Shown here: piece after piece, positions 58,061-64,000 of the stretch
Layout of the letters: each line of letters opens with the position of its first letter
Numbering within the stretch: the stretch's first letter is position 1
Assembly: GCA_963778115.1 (NCBI GenBank)
Contig: CAVZSV010000004.1
Location: 1,600,001-1,664,000 of the forward strand
Source of the DNA: an uncultured delta proteobacterium
GTDB lineage: Bacteria; Bdellovibrionota; FAC87; UBA2466
Length of the DNA: 64,000 bases
Direction of reading: 5' to 3'
Notes under the pieces: model-generated
What the model was told of the DNA's origin: nothing
Seen by the model: the letters and a program-made list of their open reading frames with translations, nothing else
Databases searched by the model: none
Program-made: the position numbers and the translations under genes

Positions 58061-58981
58061 ATGAATAATGCAGTCTACAAGACGGCTTTTTGGTTAGGTT
58101 GTGCATTCGGTCTGGGATTTATCCTGGTGGGGCCCACTTTTCCGATTCACGCCGAAACCCCGAATGCAGCACCAGCCCTTCCGATAGGAACACGCAAACT
58201 GCCGGCCAGTATTGGTCTAGGAGCGTCCGCAGCCAGAGCGAGCGCATCTGCTTTTCCCACCCTGGGAGGAAGTTCTACGCCTTCGGCCGGTTCGTTTTCA
58301 CTGGGGGCCATGAAACCCGGCCCCCAAAGTAAGGCTGCCTCAAAACCAATGTTGGTGGCGCAAAATCAAATTCCGGGACAGCCCTTGGCGGCAATGAGCT
58401 CAGACCCGCTAAGCAATGATCTGGCGAAGGTACCGGCGGCTGTTGTCACCGCTCCGACTGCACGGCAACCTCTCGACAAAAAACAGATTCGAAAATTACT
58501 AACGTCGGAGCCCGACCCTTCGCTCGTATTGGAGCCGGTGGCCGATCCTCCGCCGCCGCCCAAACCTATCGTACCCAAAGCTCCACCCCGAAGACCCGCC
58601 TCTGCCCTTCCGGCGAACGGCATTAAATTAGGAATTCCCGGGGAAGCCCCAGCGGCCGCCGAAGTATCCGTCATCTTGATGGACAAACAGTTTTTCCCTT
58701 CAAAGATTAAATTAAAAGAGGGGGTTCAATCGCGCCTCTACTTTACGACTACTAATGATAAAGCGGCAGCTCTGGTGATCGAAGAGCTTCAAATTCAGCG
58801 CTGGGTAGCCAAAGAGGGGGAAAAAACAGCCCCTTTGAGCGAACTTGAGCGTGCAAAAATGGAAGCCACCAAAGAAGTGAGCAAAGATAAGATCACGGAA
58901 ATTCCGCTCGAACCTCGCCGCGGAACCTTTATCTTCCATGACCTAATTTCCGGAGCTAAAGGACAAATCGTCGTCGAATAG
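58061..58981 (+). CDS. Exported Pro/Ala-rich protein with C-terminal cupredoxin-like domain
   Basis: N-terminal signal/TM segment, low-complexity stalk, FFPSKIKLKEG...GTFIFHD...KGQIVVE. Confidence 0.65.
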   Translation: MNNAVYKTAFWLGCAFGLGFILVGPTFPIHAETPNAAPALPIGTRKLPASIGLGASAARASASAFPTLGGSSTPSAGSFSLGAMKPGPQSKAASKPMLVAQNQIPGQPLAAMSSDPLSNDLAKVPAAVVTAPTARQPLDKKQIRKLLTSEPDPSLVLEPVADPPPPPKPIVPKAPPRRPASALPANGIKLGIPGEAPAAAEVSVILMDKQFFPSKIKLKEGVQSRLYFTTTNDKAAALVIEELQIQRWVAKEGEKTAPLSELERAKMEATKEVSKDKITEIPLEPRRGTFIFHDLISGAKGQIVVE

Positions 58982-58997
58982 TTGGGAGACATCTTTC

Positions 58998-60149
58998 ATG
59001 TCCGTTTTCGAAACCTCAGTCCAGGTATTTCTGAAGCCCGTGATCGAATACCTTAAAGACGAGGCCATCACCGAAATTCTCATTAACGGCCCGAATAATA
59101 TTTTCATCGAGCGACGCGGTATTCTCGAAAAAACGAACGTTAAGTTTGATGACGAGAATTCACTTATGGCCGCGGTCCGAAATATCTCGCAATTCGTGGG
59201 TCGTCCCATTGATGACGAGCATCCTTTTCTAGATGCGAGACTACCCGACGGTTCGCGTATCCATGCGGTAGTGGCGCCCATCGCGAAAAACGGGACTACT
59301 GTCGCGATTCGTAAATTTTCCAAAGACAAACTACAACTCAAAGATCTCATCGCCAAGGGGGCGCTCAATCCAGACGCCGCAAGATTCCTGGATGTCTGCC
59401 TGTATTTGAAGAAAAATATCATGGTCTCCGGCGGTACGGGTTCCGGAAAAACCACCATCTTAGGAATTCTGGCCGGTCGCTGCCTTCCCTCACAGCGAAT
59501 CGTCGTTTTGGAAGACTCTTCAGAATTAAAAATAAATAACGAGCACGTCGTGTATTTCGAAGCCCGCCCCGCTGACGAGTACGGCAAAGGGCTAGTGACT
59601 TTACGCGATCTCGTAAAATCATCTTTGCGGCTCCGTCCCGACCGCGTCATCGTCGGTGAGGTCCGAGGTGCTGAAGCTTTGGACCTGATCAGCAGCATGA
59701 ACACCGGCCACTCCGGATCGATGGGAACCGTTCACTCTAACAATCCCAGAGAATGTTTGACCCGTTTGGAGACGCTAGCGCTTATGAGCGAAGCCGAAGT
59801 TCCGGTGACGGCCATTCGCGCTCAAGTAGCAGCCGCTATCAACATCGTGATTCAGCTCTCTCGAATGCAAGATGGGTCTCGCAAAGTCACCCACATTTCT
59901 GAAGGGCTAGGAATGGACCTTCAGGGAAATTACAAGACAAACGACATCTATCTCTTTGAGCAGACAGGTCGAGACAAAGACGGTAAAGTTTTAGGAGAGA
60001 TAAAGCCTACGGGAAATCTCCCCACTTTCATGCGCGAAATCGAAGTTAATCACTTGCCCTTCACTCGGGAAATGCTCACTAAGAAGAGTGGGTCAGGTCA
60101 GGGCTCTTCATCAGCCCCAGCCGGGTCGAAGTCGGAAAACGCTGCATAA
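58998..60149 (+). CDS. cpaF: CpaF/TadA pilus assembly ATPase
   Basis: DARLPDGSR, SGGTGSGKTT, LRLRPDRVIVGEVRG, MNTGHSGSMGTVH. Confidence 0.93.
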   Translation: MSVFETSVQVFLKPVIEYLKDEAITEILINGPNNIFIERRGILEKTNVKFDDENSLMAAVRNISQFVGRPIDDEHPFLDARLPDGSRIHAVVAPIAKNGTTVAIRKFSKDKLQLKDLIAKGALNPDAARFLDVCLYLKKNIMVSGGTGSGKTTILGILAGRCLPSQRIVVLEDSSELKINNEHVVYFEARPADEYGKGLVTLRDLVKSSLRLRPDRVIVGEVRGAEALDLISSMNTGHSGSMGTVHSNNPRECLTRLETLALMSEAEVPVTAIRAQVAAAINIVIQLSRMQDGSRKVTHISEGLGMDLQGNYKTNDIYLFEQTGRDKDGKVLGEIKPTGNLPTFMREIEVNHLPFTREMLTKKSGSGQGSSSAPAGSKSENAA

Positions 60150-62718
60150 GAAAATCGCTCGGGTTGACATCCATCACGGTCAAATAGCTTTCCCACTGAC
60201 TGGCTAAAGCCTCAAGTTCAGGACTCCATTTGGGGGGCTTTACCATCTTCTTCCCGTTCTCATCTTCGATAGTCAAAAGCTTTAGATTCTCAAGAAGCAT
60301 CAAAAGATTGGAATAGTTTTGTACGGAAAGGGATTCCGGGAAGGCTATCTGTCCACGAGGAAGGGAAGCCTCACTGAACTTTATTATTTTCTGAACTAGA
60401 GCCTTTTTCTCAATAGTCGTCGGCGCCGCTTCCTTAAAATAGAGTAAGCCAGTGCGGTAGCTCTCAAAGAGATCTCCCAAGAGTCTCAGATATACGGTGA
60501 GGTCATCCCAGTGTTTTAGCTTTCTTCGTAAACCTGTTAACAATTTGTCTACCGGGATAGTATCCCAAGGAGCTTCTCCGAAAAGATATCGGAAAGTCGC
60601 TTCCATTTCGCCCTGAAAAACAGGTCTAGGATTAAAGAAAAACTCAAATTTTAAAGAATTACGAATATCGAGCGCTGTTACGATGCAGTCTTTATAGAGA
60701 GTGCGTGAGCTCAATTCGCCCCCCCCTTTTTCAGCAGAACCGACTTTAGAGAGATTCTGAAAAAAGGCCAGCAGCGCTATCGAAGGATTCACAAAGAAGT
60801 GGATCGCGTTATTTTTGTAAAAATTAAGCAGGGGCCGTTTACGCCACTCGCAACTATACACGCGGGGAATCGCTGCTTCAGAGATCGTAAGCAAGCCACT
60901 CTTGTGCAAACGCCTTACCGTCTGCTCGACCGATCGCTTAAACGCTTCATCAGAAACACTATTGGGGAAGTGATTGGCGTTAGCATAATCACGCAAAAGG
61001 GTTGAGACATGAAGGATATCCTCAAGAGAGAGTGCCGCCATCCTGTGTCCCAGTAACACGCTGCTAACAACGGCTTTAGTCGTGATAGGGCTTACATCAT
61101 TGATATTCTTACAGAGCTGGAACGCCATTTTCTGCAACATGAGAGTGTCATCAATTTTCTGCTCTTCCGAGGTCTTAAAAGTATCTTTCAAGGAGATCGC
61201 AGATCCCAGTCTCACGTAGACTTTGCCGAAGTTTTTACTAATAACATTGGTAGACCCCAATAGCTCTTTGGCGCTTTCCCGTGTCTTTTGCCCTCCTCCT
61301 AACTCTTTGCTGTAGGAGGTTTGTTCGGGAACTTCATCGTAGCAAATGGAGACCGGAATCAAGACAACGTCGTCGACTACCTTATTTTTTTCCGCTTGGG
61401 TGACCATCTTTAACATTCCGTAAGCGGGCGCCAACATCTTACCCGAACGACTTCGAGTCCCTTCGATGAAAAACTTTATGTTGTACTTATTCCTAAGGAG
61501 CAACTCGACATATTTTCTTAAACACGTTCCATAAAGAGCATCTCCGCGGAAAGAGCGCCGAATAAAAAATGCTCCCCCCGATCTAAGAATTCCCCCCATC
61601 GGCCAAAACGCTAAATTAATACCAGCCGCAATGTGGGGCGTAACCATATCGTGCAAGAACAGGACATAGGGAATCACCAAATAATCGAAATGGCTTCGGT
61701 GGCATGACACAAACACCACAGGTTTGTTCTTCATGACTTCGCGAAGGTGGGTGAGTTCCGACTCTTCTACGTTCACTCCATCAAAGACGCGCGTAAACAA
61801 CCACGTCAAAAGCACGTACATAATCTCAATCGTACGGTATCGGTAATTGGAGACTATTTCGGTTAGGTTCCCGTAGGCCCGAGACATTATCTTTTTCTTG
61901 TCCACCCCCTCGTTCTTGGCCACCTCCTCAATCACAGCCTGGATTTCAGGATCTTTGAGAAGGGTCTCTTTTACTGAATACGGCGAAGAATAGCGGGGAC
62001 CTAGGACCACTCGCATCTCTTGATGGGTTAATATCAAAACCTTGCGGCGGGTGGCTTTGGCGAGCCGCATCGCCTCGCTATCTTCACTGTCCGACGACTC
62101 TCCCACGGTGAGTGCAGTAAAATCCCCCAAGGCTCTTACTACCGAATCCCTGCGAGCGCGGGCCAAATACCAGACTTTCCCTATGAGATTAGGATTGGAT
62201 CCCAAACCAAACAGATATTCCGATAGCTTTCGGGATGCCCCTCGGACGTGCTTTCGCCATAGGATGAATACCGGGATGAAATGCATCGTGCGAAGTTCAG
62301 GGCGATGGACGAGGGAGGTATTAACCTCTCCTAATAGCTTTTCCACGGGAACTGGTTCAAATAGTCTTTTACGCTCACTAGAGGGACAAAAGAGCAGTCT
62401 AGGACCAGGATCCTCTGAAACGAAGAGATCCGCATAACTGCGGCGTCTAAAGACGATCTGAAAAAAATACTTCGGATTAGAGAGAAATAAAATGCGCTTT
62501 CGATTGGCAATGGGAATCGCGCCCAGCCCCTGACTTCGACACCAACTGGAAAGAATCAAAAATTCGATGATCCCAGCGTGAGTCATGGCAAATACCACCC
62601 GCCCCTGCGCTGACAACGTCTTTAGATGTTCGACAGGCAGATCAAAATCGAAACGGACAAAGACCCGCTCAGCAATCCATTGCCAAATTCCATCAATCCA
62701 TTCGTATATTTTTCTCAA
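60079..62718 (-). CDS. plsB: Glycerol-3-phosphate O-acyltransferase PlsB
   Basis: HRSHFD, AAGINL, GAFFIRRSF, FIEGTRSRSGK, YKNNAIH. TTG start. Confidence 0.88.
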   Translation of the reverse strand: MRKIYEWIDGIWQWIAERVFVRFDFDLPVEHLKTLSAQGRVVFAMTHAGIIEFLILSSWCRSQGLGAIPIANRKRILFLSNPKYFFQIVFRRRSYADLFVSEDPGPRLLFCPSSERKRLFEPVPVEKLLGEVNTSLVHRPELRTMHFIPVFILWRKHVRGASRKLSEYLFGLGSNPNLIGKVWYLARARRDSVVRALGDFTALTVGESSDSEDSEAMRLAKATRRKVLILTHQEMRVVLGPRYSSPYSVKETLLKDPEIQAVIEEVAKNEGVDKKKIMSRAYGNLTEIVSNYRYRTIEIMYVLLTWLFTRVFDGVNVEESELTHLREVMKNKPVVFVSCHRSHFDYLVIPYVLFLHDMVTPHIAAGINLAFWPMGGILRSGGAFFIRRSFRGDALYGTCLRKYVELLLRNKYNIKFFIEGTRSRSGKMLAPAYGMLKMVTQAEKNKVVDDVVLIPVSICYDEVPEQTSYSKELGGGQKTRESAKELLGSTNVISKNFGKVYVRLGSAISLKDTFKTSEEQKIDDTLMLQKMAFQLCKNINDVSPITTKAVVSSVLLGHRMAALSLEDILHVSTLLRDYANANHFPNSVSDEAFKRSVEQTVRRLHKSGLLTISEAAIPRVYSCEWRKRPLLNFYKNNAIHFFVNPSIALLAFFQNLSKVGSAEKGGGELSSRTLYKDCIVTALDIRNSLKFEFFFNPRPVFQGEMEATFRYLFGEAPWDTIPVDKLLTGLRRKLKHWDDLTVYLRLLGDLFESYRTGLLYFKEAAPTTIEKKALVQKIIKFSEASLPRGQIAFPESLSVQNYSNLLMLLENLKLLTIEDENGKKMVKPPKWSPELEALASQWESYLTVMDVNPSDFLMQRFPTSTRLGLMKSPDLTHSS

Positions 62719-62889
62719 GGTTGGGTAGATTTTTCACTAAGTGAAAAATCTCCTCTAGCTACGATTTTCGAATTTCGACTCAACAAACCAATCACCAATG
62801 AAACGCAACTTTCCGTAACCGTGGGAATACCTCTCCCAATTTTAAACAAATAAATCGTTGGGAATTTACGTTGCACAGTTAGGCTTGGC

Positions 62890-62990
62890 AAATGGAAAGC
62901 CCCGACCAGGGGGCCGGGGCTTTCTCAAAGTGGAAGAAGGGACCCTTTAAATAGTGGTGGTGCTTAACGGCAAGAGGTCCCTTCTATTTC
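62890..62990 (-). ncRNA. Candidate small RNA (two hairpins, the second terminator-like)
   Basis: Minus strand AGAAGGGACC...GGTCCCTTCT, then GAAAGCCCCGGCC-CCCT-GGTCGGGGCTTTC-CATTT. Confidence 0.4.
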
Positions 62991-63312
62991 ACTCAACATA
63001 CGGTCCGCTCAGCTAATAAAAGAAAATCAAAAAAAATCGAGTAAAAAACTCTAATGTTGCAACGTATAATATTAACCAAGACAGCGAAGTAAAGAGCAAA
63101 GTTAGGGCCAATTTGGAAGTTTTCTACAGAGGGTACTAAACCCTGAATAATACGTGCTTTAGAGGGAATCTCCGAAGGACCTCTAGAAAGTGAATTCTGC
63201 GAGGATTTTCGACACGACAGAAAACGAATACGGGGAAAGGCAGGCCCTATTCCCCAAAGATTCACCCCTGATCAGACACGATCAGAAATGGCGAGAAAGA
63301 AGTGGCGAACTT

Positions 63313-64000
63313 TTACTCGGGTGCCTTTGTCTTCATTTCGCTGACGCGTTCATGAAGGCCATTTTGAGGAAACTGAGTTCGAAACGTCTGTTCGAGAGCT
63401 CTGAGCATCTCCTCGGGAGTTGCGGCTTCATTCTTCAAACGCTCTTTTTCCAATGCTGCGGCCTTATTTCTCTCCGGAGTAAGGTTGGTCTCTACCAGTA
63501 TCCATCGCTCCCGATCCAACCAAAACTGGAAATTGATATCGGAAAGATGATCGTGATTGAGCATCACATCACCCGCGTAAACGCCAACGATACGGTACCG
63601 GTTGTCATGACCGCGCCGTAATTCCACCAAAGGATGTTTACTCAAATTGATCTGAGGCATTTCCGACTCGAAAACGCCTAGTAGACTCTTTACGAAGTAA
63701 AAGGAGATCCGGTTAAAGATATCTCTCAACTTCTCATCCGTTGTCTTTAAGTAATACGAATAGGGATTGGCCTGTCCCGGATAGTCCTTTTCCAAAAGAC
63801 GTATCTTTTCGACCGCCTTCGCCCTCTGGTTTAAAGGCCCAAGCAAGAGGTCAATATCCTGAATGATAATCTTTCTGCGTTTCACCGGATCTTTTACGGT
63901 ATCGGTCGCTGCAGCAAGGGCACTTTCCGCCTGGTCGTAAACGGGTGGATCCATCATAAAGTACTGAACGGCGTCCTCCGGAAAGCCGGCCGAGAGTAGT
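63313..64000 (-). CDS. Hypothetical protein, C-terminal part (frame open to window edge)
   Basis: 214-aa ORF whose frame stays open upstream (..LLSAGFPEDAVQYFMMDP..). No family recognised. Confidence 0.7.
   Translation of the reverse strand, partial: LLSAGFPEDAVQYFMMDPPVYDQAESALAAATDTVKDPVKRRKIIIQDIDLLLGPLNQRAKAVEKIRLLEKDYPGQANPYSYYLKTTDEKLRDIFNRISFYFVKSLLGVFESEMPQINLSKHPLVELRRGHDNRYRIVGVYAGDVMLNHDHLSDINFQFWLDRERWILVETNLTPERNKAAALEKERLKNEAATPEEMLRALEQTFRTQFPQNGLHERVSEMKTKAPE

Overview
Gene-dense, ~50% GC bacterial chromosomal segment made mostly of housekeeping genes. The gene content (DUF4388, DUF1844, PEGA-type Ser/Thr kinase, LpoA-like lipoprotein, orphan CpaF, kdd/kce, dapL) suggests a Bdellovibrionota- or Deltaproteobacteria-like lineage (inference). 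Main blocks: end of a FecCD/FecE ABC transporter; mutS split by a single +1 frameshift; a ~530 bp intergenic region with an inverted pair of perfect DnaA boxes; trmJ-grpE-dnaJ (no dnaK)-lpoA-like; dksA, lon, a subtilase; comM-comF divergent from a 7-repeat Cys-rich lipoprotein plus outer-membrane barrel; serC; amino-acid catabolism (leucine dehydrogenase, kdd, kce, rocD); nagZ with a 100 bp MITE-like element upstream; typA, nrnA, acs; lptM-dapF-dapA-dapB-dapL (no lysA); Ser/Thr kinase divergent from a stand-alone mreB; tolQRAB without pal; trmFO; orphan exported proteins with sigma-54-type and sigma-28-type promoters next to cpaF; and plsB. I saw no rRNA, tRNA, CRISPR array, integrase or transposase. 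The best leads are the DnaA-box locus, the sigma-54/sigma-28 orphan exported proteins (including an unannotated 56-aa ORF), the repeat lipoprotein-barrel pair, the MITE, two candidate small RNAs and the mutS frameshift. All protein calls are by motif recognition only; no database searches were run.
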